Assembly: GCF_006345805.1 (NCBI RefSeq)
Contig: NC_043006.1
Span: forward strand, 67,766,001-67,830,000
Direction of reading: 5' to 3'
Length of the DNA: 64,000 bases
Source of the DNA: Octopus sinensis
Taxonomy: Eukaryota
The notes beneath the pieces were generated by a model, which was not told the origin of the DNA, made no database searches, and worked only from the letters and a program-made list of their open reading frames with translations. A program made the translations under genes and the position numbers. Within the stretch, counting starts at the first letter, position 1. Every line of letters begins with the position of its first letter. This document shows, in pieces, positions 46,368-57,600 of this stretch.

Positions 46368-48629
46368 ACAAGCACATCCTTAGTCATGTGGTTAAGTTTT
46401 CACTTAACAATTACATGGCTTCAAAATCATTCCTATTGTATGATGCTGTGGGCAGATGTCTTCTATGGCTTAGTCTGACTTATGGCCCGTCAGTGGAATC
46501 AGCAAATGGAAACTGTAGGAAGCCTGTCATATATATATATATGTGTATCTGTGTGCTTGTCATTCTGTTGTCTTGATGCTTGCACATTTCACAAAAATCA
46601 GTGACCCTGTCTATACAGTGTTGTCTTTGTTTACATCTACTGAGGAAGTGTGGCCATTGAGTTGTTCATTGTTTGAAGGATTGGGAGAATCAATACTTTA
46701 CTTGGCAACAAGTTATGGTTGAGAGCTAGGGTATCTGGCTGCAGAAAGACTGCCTCAAGAAGTTTCATTTGTTGGTTGTGTGGTAAGTAGCTTGCTTACG
46801 AACCACACGGTTCCAGGTTCAGTCCCACTGCATGGCACTTTGGGCAAGTGTGTTCTACTATAGCCTCAGGTTGACCAAAACCTTGTGAGTAAATTTTGTA
46901 GCCAGAAACTGAAAGAAGCCCATCGTATATATATATGTGTGTCTGTTTTTGTCCCCCACAACATCGCTTGACAACTGCCCCATAACTTAGCAGTTCGGCA
47001 AAAGAGACCAATAGAATAAGTACTAGGCTTACAAAGAATAAGAACTGGGGTCGATTTGCTCAACTAAAGGCAGTGCTCCAGCATGACTGAAACGAGTAAA
47101 AGAGTAAAGAGATTAAAACAATGGTGACGATTATTTGACACTGTATACACATGATGTGTGTACATTCAAAGTGTGTCCTGTACACACTACGTACACACCA
47201 AACACATACACATCTGTTACAGCTTCAATATTGGAATGTAAGACTTAACATCAAATATTTGAGTTACCTCCCATGCCCTTCATGCAAGATAGATGACTAA
47301 TGGCAATGACCAAGATTATGGAATAGACCTACCTCAATCCAACTGGCTGTGAGGGGAAAATACAGACCAATGACCCAGTCCTTTTAGCTGTAAATAGATA
47401 CTATGGAAAGATGCTGGATTGTGTAAATGTCCTGTGCTAGTTTGCAGCTCTAGGTTCTGGTTCAAATTCTGATATGGAGGTTGTTTGATGTTACACAAGA
47501 ACTTCTCAGGCTTAGATTAATTTCAAATTTAACACAACCACTCCTGCCCTACTTCAAGTGATTAAATGCTATGAAATTTGTGTAGTTGATTCATATTCTG
47601 ATTTCCCTCCCACTCTAAACACACATGCGCACACACACTGCAACAGGAAACAAATGTGGTTTGGCATGTTTTATTAGTCTGCCTGCGTTAATAATGGGTT
47701 GAATAGTTCTGCAATTTCAAATATTTACCTGGATTGTTGCAGTAAATGTCTTGTTTGATTTGTTAGATGTTTTTCTTTTTTTTAATTCTATTTTCTTTGC
47801 TTGTTACATTTTTGTTTTTCTGTTGTTTTTTTTTAATGGATTGTTGCATGACTTTCAATAAAACTTCTCCCCTCAAAAGTGAAATCTGGGGAGAAGGGTT
47901 GTCTGGTTGTTGATTTTCAGACAGGGCTCTAGCTTGGCCTTAGCCATGGTGGCTAAACCAAACTCTTCAATCTGTGCCATAATTGTTCTAAGCTTTACAT
48001 CAGTAATATTATAACTTACATCAGACAATATTCTTAAATTGCAGTCAGGCTATTTTAAAATAACCAAACAAGAAAACATTTTCTTCTATCAAGAGTCAAT
48101 AAATTCCAGATACTTATTGGTGATTGTTTCAATCAACCTTATGGCAGAACTGGTAGAGCACTGGTGAAAATACCTTGTGGTGTTTAGTCATACAGTCTGA
48201 GTTTAAAACCCAAGGTCAACTTTAATCAATTACAACCTGCTCTCAAAAATTGAGGTTTGTGTCTTAAATTAGTTGTTGATTTTCTTGTGATGTGGCAGGA
48301 ACTGATCCATTACAAGCATTTTTTGCTGCAGGCTGCCTGCCATAACAGGAGATCTATTTACCCAGTCACCTCCAACTCAAGTAAACTGAGGTGGGGAGAT
48401 CATTATTATAAATTTGTTTGTTGTTTTTATCTCTTCCTTAACTATTTTGATATTTGATTCTGCAATGAATGTTGAAATATTTAATATCTAATCTAATTAT
48501 CACTTTCTCTCTCTCTCTTTGCAAACTCTAGTGCTTCCAAGGACTGCTGGTAGCGCCGACAGCCTTGGAGAGATGCTAAATGATGGACGAGATCAATCCT
48601 ACCAAAGTTCGGACTCTGAGTTCTACTGA
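13145..48629 (+). CDS. ANKRD28: Serine/threonine-protein phosphatase 6 regulatory ankyrin repeat subunit (ANKRD28/ANKRD44/ANKRD52 family), 3' portion, 15 exons, 489 aa
   Basis: Exons join through GT-AG sites in consistent phase (1470 nt). Family-diagnostic motifs: [91 protein letters not shown], and terminal SDSEFY (cf. SDSETY of vertebrate ANKRD28). Probably a co-ortholog of the three vertebrate paralogs. Confidence 0.93.
14308..14383 (+). CDS. ANKRD28: ANKRD28-like exon ([25 protein letters not shown])
   Basis: ttgcag acceptor, gtaagt donor, phase 0/1. Confidence 0.92.
16086..16162 (+). ncRNA. Type I hammerhead ribozyme motif (one core substitution)
   Basis: Stem I AATCTAG/CTAGATT; box CAGATGA; stem II GAACT..CAAATT/AATTTG..AGCTC; GAAA; palindromic stem III ACCTAGGT; GTC cleavage triplet. 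Confidence 0.75.
16290..17640. repeat. Near-identical ~645-bp tandem duplication bounded by (TA)n/(CA)n, each unit containing a foldback
   Basis: 16326-16922 is repeated at 16972-17567. Internal inverted arms at ~16586-16735 and 16770-16920. Confidence 0.85.
16640..16737 (-). ncRNA. Type I hammerhead motif with long stem II (second copy 17285-17382)
   Basis: The minus strand reads GGCC-CTGATGA-[TATTTTACTC...GAGTGTAAATT]-GAAA-CAATT-GTA-GGCT. Both core boxes are intact and stem III is palindromic (ACAATTGT). Confidence 0.65.
18200..18414. mobile_element. piggyBac-like MITE
   Basis: Ends TTAA-CCCTTTAG ... CTAAAGGG-TTAA. Related pieces at 55835-56035; a similar TTAA-CCC...GGG-TTAA element lies at 33993-34207. 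Confidence 0.65.
18676..18801 (+). CDS. ANKRD28: ANKRD28-like exon ([42 protein letters not shown])
   Basis: tacag acceptor, gtcagt donor, phase 1/1. Confidence 0.93.
19153..19458. repeat. Foldback element (~94-bp arms) with a hammerhead motif in its loop
   Basis: 19153-19246 is the reverse complement of 19365-19458. Confidence 0.85.
19259..19328 (+). ncRNA. Type I hammerhead ribozyme motif (C3>U)
   Basis: Reads CCTG-TTGATGA-A-GACTT..TAGCAAAT/ATTTGCTA..AAGTC-A-GAAA-CCATT-GTC-CAGG. Stem I CCTG/CAGG, GTC triplet. Confidence 0.72.
19980..20067 (+). CDS. ANKRD28: ANKRD28-like exon ([30 protein letters not shown])
   Basis: tttcag acceptor, gtaggt donor, phase 1/2. Confidence 0.93.
20180..20310. 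repeat. 14-bp minisatellite (cttaagtatcaacc)
   Basis: Tandem units read directly. Confidence 0.8.
21094..21211 (+). CDS. ANKRD28: ANKRD28-like exon ([39 protein letters not shown])
   Basis: tttcag acceptor, gtcagt donor, phase 2/0. Confidence 0.93.
21905..22152. repeat. Foldback element (~105-bp arms)
   Basis: ttttgttaaggttatttctacagatattctata... pairs with ...tatagaatatctgtgaaaacaaccttaacaaaa. Confidence 0.85.
22240..23036 (-). mobile_element. Truncated Tc1-family transposon with decayed transposase
   Basis: TIR-like end ggggttggacaaaataatggaaacac. The minus strand from ATG 22857 reads [21 protein letters not shown]... and later [38 protein letters not shown] (first catalytic D motif). 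Confidence 0.85.
23134..23274 (+). CDS. ANKRD28: ANKRD28-like exon ([47 protein letters not shown])
   Basis: ttgcag acceptor, gtatgt donor, phase 0/0. Confidence 0.94.
24209..24275 (+). CDS. ANKRD28: ANKRD28-like exon ([22 protein letters not shown])
   Basis: tttcag acceptor, gtaagt donor, phase 0/1. Confidence 0.93.
24778..24859 (+). CDS. ANKRD28: ANKRD28-like exon ([28 protein letters not shown])
   Basis: ttgcag acceptor, gtaagt donor, phase 1/2. Confidence 0.93.
24911..25195 (+). mobile_element. Helentron-associated (HINE/DINE-1-like) non-autonomous element, 5' part
   Basis: Reads attacctctgcc..aggtattgttttc..tttgtttg..tggatggatttggatgaaact. An overlapping copy carrying the 3' end (gccttggcagaggtttgtgctctctgag) is at 42698-42892. 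Confidence 0.55.
25493..25576 (+). CDS. ANKRD28: ANKRD28-like exon ([28 protein letters not shown])
   Basis: tttgcag acceptor, gtaact donor, phase 2/2. Confidence 0.93.
26448..26593 (+). CDS. ANKRD28: ANKRD28-like exon ([48 protein letters not shown])
   Basis: tttcag acceptor, gtaggt donor, phase 2/1. Confidence 0.93.
27750..27829 (+). CDS. ANKRD28: ANKRD28-like exon ([27 protein letters not shown])
   Basis: tttacag acceptor, gtaaga donor, phase 1/0. Confidence 0.93.
27940..28022 (+). CDS. ANKRD28: ANKRD28-like exon ([27 protein letters not shown])
   Basis: tttacag acceptor, gtaagt donor, phase 0/2. Confidence 0.9.
29378..29423 (-). ncRNA. Minimal type I hammerhead motif
   Basis: The minus strand reads GACAC-CTGATGA-A-GGCTG-gagggtatat-CAGCC-GAAA-TGTT-ATGTT. 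Confidence 0.75.
29705..29750 (+). ncRNA. Minimal type I hammerhead motif
   Basis: Reads GACAC-CTGATGA-A-AGCTG-gagggtgtat-CAGCC-GAAA-CGTT-GTGTT. Stem I GACAC/GTGTT, palindromic AACGTT stem III. Confidence 0.78.
30138..30229 (+). CDS. ANKRD28: ANKRD28-like exon ([30 protein letters not shown])
   Basis: tttcag acceptor, gtaagt donor, phase 2/1. Confidence 0.94.
30433..30591. mobile_element. Mariner-type MITE
   Basis: TIRs aagggagtgttgaaaagttcctggttt and aaagccaggaacttttcaccacccctt. Confidence 0.7.
31216..31290 (-). ncRNA. Hammerhead-like motif (degenerate stem I)
   Basis: The minus strand reads CTGAGGA-C-GGTGG...CTACC-GAAA-CAGCT-CTA. Confidence 0.5.
31471..31593 (+). CDS. ANKRD28: ANKRD28-like exon ([41 protein letters not shown])
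   Basis: accag acceptor, gtgagt donor, phase 1/1. Contains the family-diagnostic TPALACAPN. Confidence 0.94.
32080..32340 (+). mobile_element. CR1/Jockey-type LINE 3' fragment
   Basis: Decayed frame ...CSEL...HRPYCV...[16 protein letters not shown], typical of a LINE RT C-terminus (LWNSLP). Confidence 0.5.
32768..32779 (+). CDS. Candidate 12-nt frame-preserving microexon (adds DCGQ)
   Basis: Long pyrimidine tract followed by tacag|ATTGTGGTCAAG|gtgaga. Phase 1/1, no stop. Confidence 0.5.
33167..33228 (+). CDS. Candidate alternative exon ([20 protein letters not shown] or 15-nt ENSPS microexon)
   Basis: ttttcag acceptor in phase with the exon ending at 31593. It encodes an acidic tail to TAA; an internal gtgatg donor lies after 33181. 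Confidence 0.45.
38790..39060. repeat. 21-bp minisatellite (accaggtgccgttcccctgtt/acg)
   Basis: Tandem units read directly. They explain the repetitive ORFs at 38631-39431. Confidence 0.9.
42330..42636 (+). mobile_element. Chapaev-type (CACTA/CMC superfamily) DNA transposon remnant, internally deleted
   Basis: The ORF has the N-terminal C..PDSF.Y.CG motif fused to [22 protein letters not shown], the conserved Chapaev3 transposase motif. Confidence 0.7.
45934..46260. mobile_element. Foldback element (~157-bp arms) with a hammerhead motif in each arm
   Basis: 45934-46090 is the reverse complement of 46103-46260. The + arm (46141-46182) reads GATAT-CTGAGGG-A-GGAAT-ttttgt-ATTCC-GAAA-TATT-ATATC. 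The - arm has CTGAAGA but AAAA. Confidence 0.8.
48532..48629 (+). CDS. ANKRD28: ANKRD28-like terminal exon ([32 protein letters not shown])
   Basis: (ct)n tract plus tag acceptor, phase 1 matching the exon ending at 31593. Ends SDSEFY-TGA, like vertebrate ANKRD28 SDSETY. Confidence 0.88.
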
Positions 48630-51600
48630 CCAATCATTTCTTTTTTTTTTTTTTCTTCTAAATCTGCAATTTTTTCCTGGAGTGGGTGGGGTGGGGGTCT
48701 CATTTTTTTTCCTTTTTGGGGGGATTAAAAATCTACTCTTTGTGTTCATCTCAACACCAACAATAACAACAATATCCTTGCACTTCCTTGCCCCACATTT
48801 TGTTGTTATAATTTTTGCCTCAATTTTAAACAGATGGATACTAAAATGAAATAAAACTGCTGTTAGTGAATCCCTATTGTTAACAAGAACTACATTGTCA
48901 ATAAGAAGTGGCAGCAGCAATAACAACAACAGTGCCCTTTACCAAATGGAAAATGAGAGAGAGGGAGAGTTCCAGTTGCACTGAACATAAGAGAAATCTT
49001 CCCTACCCACATCTTATTACTTCCTCTTCTAACATTTATGTTTCAGTGGTGATTAATAACTAAGGATGATACCATAGTGGGGTGTGTGTGTGTGTATGTA
49101 CATGTGTATGCATACACATATATACATATACTTTATTTGTGGGTTAAGAAGACTAATAGTTATTAACCCACAAATAATGAATATTTGTCCACCAATGCAG
49201 TGTTGTGCACTCATTTTCATTGTTTGAAATTAGCATATATATAATAATAATAATAATATAGATCCATACTCACACAGACACTACCTCAATAACACTATGT
49301 AACTTATACTGCTTTCTGTCTTCAGGAACTCTTTTATAATAAAGCAGCCATGTCTGGTGCAGATATATACATGGTTCTCGCCCTAACTAACCTTTACATT
49401 CACACCAATCATGTGTTGTTCCTCTTTACTGCTAGAGCAGGAAATATGGGATAAGAGCCACAACACATGGGAGTTTTTGTTTTTTTTTCTCTCCCCAGAT
49501 TAAAGCTAGTATAAGATGCAAGGTTGCAGCTTTGTGTGCACAAATATGCATAGCAATATATACAAGTTTATGCAATTGTATATATGTATACATAGGATAC
49601 ACATTAATGAATGTTTAAATATAAAGCAAGAGAAAGAGAGGTAGCCATAATTTTTGTGTATGTGTGTATGTAGGTTTTTATAAGTATGTAGATATATTTA
49701 TGTGTGAGTTTGTTCATATGGGACCTCATTGAATCTACTGTTTAAGTGGATGTTGTGATGTGTATTATTGGTGGAAGGAAGTGGGTGTTCTTAGATAATT
49801 TAGCTGAAAATATGGTTTAATAAGTATTTATTTGAACAGCGGTATTTCCTCATTGAGAATACTGATGGCCCAAGTTGACAGTGGTACAGGGACAACCATC
49901 CAAAAAGAGCTAGCAGTTTATATCCTACCGTTTCTCTTGCATTGTGTCCATAGCCAACTCATGTAACTGTTAACAATGTGTATAGTCTATTGTGTCATGA
50001 GGCAGCTGGAACACAGTAATATTGGAGAATGTTTCAACTGCTTGCAGCACCCAATTCATCAAGAACACATCTAGGATCTAGAGAATGTAAGGTTGTCTCC
50101 CCTTGGTAAAGGCTGCAAGCTCCATTGTGATGACTTAGAGTACTGTGATACAAACTTGTGGCTCTTTGGTTCACGTCTGCTGCAGGGATTTTATTTTATT
50201 TTTTTCTTTCCATTGCTTCTTCACAAACTTCACAATATTCTACATAGTTCACTTAAGCTGTTGTCATTTGAATGTTACTTTCCAAACATTGGTGTCCTGA
50301 CCAAGGGATATTTACTACATCTTACATAATACTTAAAAAACTTCAGCTGGCTGAATAGATAAGGTACAGAACTACCAGACCATAGTGAATTGAAATCCAA
50401 TTGAAGTGTTTCAGTAGGTTTCTAAACACTTCTACATTACCACTCTTCACACCTACCTAAAGAAAGGAGCTTATACATGGAGATTAAACTTGCTATAAAT
50501 ACCAGCCACATTTTCCCACAAATCATTCTCTACACATCAAATTAGATGTCTATATAAGATAATGCAGTCCTTGGTATATTATGTTTTAAAAACAGACAGA
50601 ATGCTACAGCTGGACTGTTTTTGAGAAGTCTACTCACTTAAAGATAACTGTGGCTGCTAAACCCCTACCATCAAACTGTCAATAGGAATAGGTATCTTGT
50701 CCAGGTTAAGATTTATCTCATTTGCTTCATGTTACAAATCTAGCACCACAGTTGGAGAAGAAGAAGACCTTTACCTTTGGTTTTTCACTTTATATTTAAG
50801 CTGTCAACAATTATTGAACCTTAGGTGAGACTCACAATGGAGTACTGCTATATCTGTGAGGATGTCATTGTTAGAGATGCAGATATCCTAGAGCATTTGA
50901 CTGAATTATGAAGTCACTCACAGATATGCTCCAACCTCAAGCCCACAGACATGCCATCTGTGTGTGTGTCTCTCTTTCTCTCTCACTTTCTACCACTGCT
51001 TCTACAGTAATCTCTGCTCTTTGGATTTGGCTGGTCTCATGCTACCACCACTCTAACACTCTACTAACTCATCTCTCCTCTTATCACTCCCACACTTGAC
51101 ACTGTGTCCAGTCTTTCCTCCCCAGAACGCACATGTCTTTCCTGCAGTCTATGTGGAATGTTAACAGCATCAATCTCAAATGACTCAGAGTGCCTGTGGG
51201 GGCAGGCCATGAGTACTAACCCTTCATCCAGAGCTAGCAAAGAAGAAAAATACCTTTTATACTGTTTTTAGGTGTGCATAATTATGGGATGTGGAACTTC
51301 TGCAATTATTTATTGACCCAGTGAATAAGGATTTTAGCTCCAATATCTCCTTCACCTCCCATAAATTTGTATATGTATGTTGTATATATGTCATCCATAT
51401 ATAATAATTGAATAACTGCCGACAACTACATCAATAACAAAACTGAAAAACATGTCCCCTTTCCCTGCTTACTGAAGCTGGTGATTAAAAATACATATAT
51501 ATATATCTCAGTGGTAATACAAAATTTAATTAAAAGTATAAAATATAATTTTAAATGCCTTCCTCCCCAGATACCTGGAAAAATAAAACCTGTGATAGAG

Positions 51601-54009
51601 AATGCTTGATTTTATTGCTGGGGAGGTCTAGAGTCATTCCTTTCTCTCTCCTCCCACCATATCCACCACCTCAACTCTCGTTGCCCATTCCTTTGCTAAG
51701 TATCTGTTCCCTCTCATCCATTGTCATTGCTGTCTATTCAAAGAAACTAGCTTCCAGTTGGTATCACAGGGACATTTTTTGCTGTGTCAGCTGGGCTTTG
51801 TGTTGCTACATTTGTCACTGCTTTCTGCCTGTTCAACAGCTATTTATGTGATTGACTGTCAATTGTACCAGACACAAAGTTGTGGTACAACTAACAGTCT
51901 CATATGTTAACAACGGTGAAAACACTACTGAGTTTAAATGGCCTCCTGGAACAATGTTCAGTGGGTACACACATACACACTGTATTGAAGGTCTGTGCTA
52001 AGAGTTCAAAACCTCCTTGATATAGCTAGGACATTGTCCTATTGGTATATACAGAACAATGGTTCTTACTGTCATGTGCCATTACATCTATATTCTTCCT
52101 TCTCACCCCACTCGGCAAACATACACATACTACGTATGTAGAATACTTTTCAGGAGGCCATGTGTCATGTGATATAAAATTTTTAATTTTTTTGTTTCAT
52201 TTTTTTTTTTTCGGGATACTTTTTTAAAAAACAAATTTGCAGATTTTGGGGAGGGTTATCTTAAAATATTGCTGTGAATCCCTCATATTAAAAGAAAACC
52301 AATTGACTGTCAATGACTGAAGATATTCAAATCTTTTTTTTTTAAAAAACCTGTTTGCCGAAAGGTTAAACTTAGGGATTTCATTGGTTTTTTTCTTTTT
52401 TTTTAAAAACTCTGATGGAACTTATCAAAAGTCTATTTAAAAACAAATCTAAGAAACAGAACAAAACTACTTTCCCAACTTTTGGATATCAAAAATTCTT
52501 TTTTTCTCTTTTTTTTTAAAGGAGGGGTGGGAATCGTGGACAGTCTGTCATCTGTTGTCAATCAATGGTCTTCTTCTCTCTTGGAGAGCCGTTCATTCCA
52601 GTTTGACATGTCCAGTCAATCACAGTTCTTCTATGATCTTGGCTGTCAAACATAAATACATTGTCGGAATTTTTCATCTACTCAAAAAAAAAAAAAAATA
52701 TTCATAGTTTATTATTAATAGTAAAGCGGAGACTAAGGGGAACATTTCAAACAAACGTTACTTCACCCTTTTTTTTTTCCCCAAATAATAATTATTTTGT
52801 CCTTACTCCCACCCCATTCCCCATATAACTGCGATTTTCTTTGTTGAAAGAATAAAATGTGACATAAACAACACTACCAGTTCGCTTGGTTTTTCTTTAT
52901 ATATGCCTATTTTTGATCAGATGTCTGATTTTCTCTTTGAATATTTACAACTTTGACTTATTGTGTTTGTTGAAAGTGTAAAATATGGTTGTGATTAAGG
53001 TAGCCAACAACCGAAAGGTCAACACATTATATTATGTCACCAACATTGTATTCTTTTCACAGCCATGATAGCTACCTCTCAGATGACCCACCAGTCCACC
53101 TAGCTGTAAATGGGCACCATCACAGAAACAATTCCATTGCTGTAAACAGTGGAAGCATTGTTAAAAAAAGAAAAGAAAATTAACAAAATAATTTGGTAAG
53201 TTTCAGTACTGAGTTAACATCACTCCAATACTGAGCTTCAGATGAGTCTTAGTTCACCTTGCCTTTTTGTATCTAAACTGTAGTTAAATTCCTTACATAT
53301 TCAAACCAAGTGGATATCTTTTTTGACTGTGTGTGTGAATTGATACACTTTTACATATGGCTTATTTGTAATGAACTATATAATGTAGATGGTGGGCTTA
53401 ATTCATAATTTCATTTTCCATTCTCAGTTGAAGCTTTTCACATCACTGATTCATTTTCATCTCCCATCTTCTTTGACAAAATCTAGAGATTATGAGTGTA
53501 TCTTGAACCATCAGCTCAAGAACTGTATCAAGAGTGTTTAGAGACAATACACTTTGTTCGGTCAGCTCTGAACTATTGCTACAGGTTTTAGTTTTTTGTC
53601 TCTCTGGCACATTTAAGACATTTCACTAAAACACTCATGTGTGTACTTGCACATTGTAGATTTAACACAGACTGACTGAAAATGAAGGAGATTATAACAC
53701 TGATAAATGACATTATTGCTGTCTACTCTAGACATTATAGCATCTAATTTATGAAAATCGGAATGTCAAGTATTCTGAGTATAATTGGTAAGATAGTGGC
53801 TTGAGTTTTGTAACTGGATTTGTTGGTCTCAAAACTAGTGTCCAATATCATTTAGATTTGAATGTTAGCTGTTAACTCTGTCATTCTTTGTTCTTGCCAT
53901 AGAATGACTGTTAAACACCATCTCTACTGAATTCCTGGTAATGCAGTAATGAACAACAGATGTAGGAAAAGTTGCATCTGATTCTGTCCATTAGTTTGCC
54001 TGCAATCAT

Positions 54010-54660
54010 TGATGGCTGCCCCCTCGTTATCGAGTATGGCCATTGCATGAAGCTTAACTGTTATTGGTGCTGTGATCGAATGTGACTTTTATTTGCTTTT
54101 TAAGGCTACAGCCAGCTATTCAGGTGAGACTCACAGCACCATCAACAATCATGAACAATGTTGCTATCGTGCAATGCCTGTGCAAGAAGATTTTTTTTAA
54201 AGTGAGGAAAGGCTGTGCACTGAGTCAATCCCACTCACTAAGCAACAGCAGCCATAATCTGAAAAGAAGAACAAGTCAACATCATCGGTAACCACTGAGC
54301 CGCAGGTTTTATGTCTGAGTTATCCTAGTTACCTTCTCCTAGAAGGATGCCCTAACAAAGGCTAGGAGTCCTTCACTTCCAATGGTTTAATCGGGTATTC
54401 AGTCCGATTATTTTTATGTCCCCGCACATGATACGGCCTTAAGCCTTAAAAAGAAAATACACATTTATTGGATGGCCGTTGACTCTCGAGAGTTCCTCCG
54501 CCCTTTGACGGGTTTTGTTTTTCATCCCGCAGGGTGTCCAATAAACACCCTCCTCACCAAGCAAGCTTGGTGGGGTTGCCAGTTTAATCGCCGACGGTCC
54601 AACCATGCAACAGGTTGTACTGGGTTACATGTTACCAGTAGCAATCGAAAGTGACCTGAC
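54010..54660 (-). mobile_element. GC-richer, hairpin-rich repeat resembling an RTE-type 5' region or non-autonomous derivative
   Basis: Abrupt GC/CpG rise, several short hairpins, and minus-strand tagcctttgttagggcatccttctaggagaagg resembling RTE 5' UTR motifs (from memory, unverified). Confidence 0.35.
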
Positions 54661-57600
54661 ATATCTGCAATCATTACTCGAGTTTTATATGATGCAATTA
54701 TATATTTTTTTTTGCTCAGGAGCCCAGATGGGGGGTAAAGTTAGACACAGGGGCCCCGAGTCTGAGAAATTTAATATATAACTGTAAATAATTATTGTAA
54801 GGCTATTTATATGATCAGACTTTGTAAAGTATTATAGAGAACATTAGAATGAATATATGTAAGTGTGTGTTTGAATATGCTGATGGTTAGAGTGTCTTAA
54901 GTAATGACTCAACATAAAAAGGGTTCTGCTGAGATAAGTGAAAGGAAGATTAATTGAACTTTCAACTACACTGCTGGCTATCTTTAAGGGTCCAAGAAGC
55001 AAAAATTGGTGTTAAACTGAGAATATAGTGCTGTCTTGATTATTGACAATGATTGAGTAAGCACAGCTGTCCAAAGACTGGGTACTTTATTTTCCATGTA
55101 AATAGCAACTATGTTCAAGGACAGAGGAACAGAAGCTGGATAGAATGATTTAAGTCTAAAGAAACTTGAGAAGGCAGATATTATCACATCAACATGTTCT
55201 TGAAGCCATCTACCAAGACATAACATCAAGAAGAACAATAAAAAAAACTGCTAGTAATATATATGCTAGTAGTAATAATCCTTTCTACTATAGGCACAAG
55301 GCCTGAACATCGACCCCAGTGTGTAACTAGTACTCAATTTATTGACCCTGAAAGGATGAAAAGTAAAGTCAACCTTGGCAAAATTTGAACTCGTAACGTA
55401 GTGGCAAACGAAATACCACTAAGCATTTCCCCTGGTATGCTCATGGTTCTGCCAGCTTGCCACCTAAATACTAGTAGTTATAATAGAGCAGAAAGTTGAT
55501 GAATTTTATCAATCTTAGTGCTTGACTGGTATGTTATTTTATTGACCCCCAAAAGGACGAAAACAGCATTGAACTTGGAGCAATTGCTGTAATGCAGGGG
55601 TTTATTGGGGGGATTTTTTTTTAACACTTCAATGTTTCTGCAACTTGCTACTTTCAATAATACTTTGACATGAGATCAAGGCTACAAACTTTGTTGAGAG
55701 GATTTGGTTGTCTAAAGTGACCAGTATTTTGATTCCACCCACACTTCTCAACAACCTCAGTAGGATATAAACTCAAAGCCTAAAACAATGTCACTAAATC
55801 ATTCTACAACGACTACCATTCCACTGCTCTGATGTTTAACCTTTTAGCATTCAGAATACTCTGTCAAATGTGATGCTTATTTATTCACATTGTTTTAGAC
55901 TTATCATGCATTATCTTGTAGCACTGAGATGTTGATGAGGTAACTTAATTTTTAGAATGACATTGTAGGGTTGATGTGAGAGGCTGGATCTGGCCAATTT
56001 GAACATAAAATAGGTAGAATATTTGGGATGAATATGTACTGAGTAGCCAGGTTTTGATTTTCTATTTTGTAATTTAATTAACCTGAAATTAGATACAACA
56101 AAATGAATTATTCTGACAGACTAATGAACACCAAAACATAAGGACAAACCTGACAGTCATAACTAACAGTATTGTCTTTAAATTGTAAGCAAAATAATTG
56201 GTGACTTAAAATTGAAGATTGCTAAAATTGTCTGCAATTGAAATATATTGTTAGAGAAGAAAACATTACTGTTACCCTTCAAAGGGTAGTGTATTGGCAG
56301 AATTATTAGAGCATCAGACGAAATTAAACTGTTCTGGTTCTTTACATTATGAGTTCAAATCCTACCAAGGTTAACTATGCTTTTCATCTAACCTGGATTG
56401 ATAAAATTAAATACCAGTCTAATTGTAAGGTCAACATAATCAACTCTGCCAAATTTCTGGCCTTGTATCCGTTTAGAAATTATTAATTAAATTCCATACC
56501 AGCTAATATGTGTCTGCATGTATGTGTGTATATAAATATATACACGTATACATATAGAGAGAGAAAGAGGAATGATTATGTAAAACAAGTGAAATGTAAT
56601 GAAGGTAAATTGTTCATAAAATGAATCAGAAATACCAATAAAGTTACTTCAGATTTCGAAATTTTGAGATAATGATTTTAACTTCTGTGCCAATATTTCT
56701 TTCTTTGTGGTCCATGAATGTTCCAAATTCTCAGCTTTTATAATCAGATTGTCCAATCTGTTTGAATAGTATTTCTCAAATTTCTGAAGGTCACTGAAAC
56801 AAGAAGAAAACAGAAAGATGAATGGTAACAGTTATTAATTAGTATTATTGGTGACAAGTTGGTAGAATCGTTAGCACACTTAGCAATATTTCTTCTGGTT
56901 CTTTACATTCTGAATTCAAATTCTGTCGAGGTTGACTTTGCCTTTCATCCTTTCAGGGTCAATAAAATAAGTACCCGTTAAGCACTGGAGGTCAAAGTAA
57001 TTGACTAACCCTCTCTCTTAAAATTTCAGGCCTTGTGCCTATAGTGGAAAGGATGATTATTAAGGTGACAAGCTGGTAGAATCATTAGCACACAGGACAA
57101 AATGCTTAATAGCATTTCTTCCAGCTTTATGTTCTGAGTTCAAATTCTGTTGAGGACGACTTTGCCTTTCATCCTTCCGGGGTTGATAAAATAGGTACCA
57201 GTTGAGTATTGGGTCGCTGTAATCGACTAGCCCCTGCCTATAGTAGAAAGAATTATTATTACTATTGGTGAGGAGGGACCAGAGTACTAAATTGACTCAA
57301 TTCTTTCCCTACATGGGGTCTTGAACCAATTCTGGATAATTATGAAAATGTGGTAGATGGTACAAGTGCGAAAATGCCTTGTATTTAGTTACATAACTTT
57401 ACATTTCTTTCTAAGTAGGAGATATCAACCTAACTTACTATGCCCCACCTTAGAATTATTGTTTGTATTTAAATTAAAAATTATAATTATTAGTAGAAGT
57501 AGTAGTTTGTCAGCAAAATCAGTACAGCCTTCTGGTATTAAGTTATGTATCTTTACATTCTGAGTTCAAATCCCACTGAAGTAAGAGGTTACATACATCA

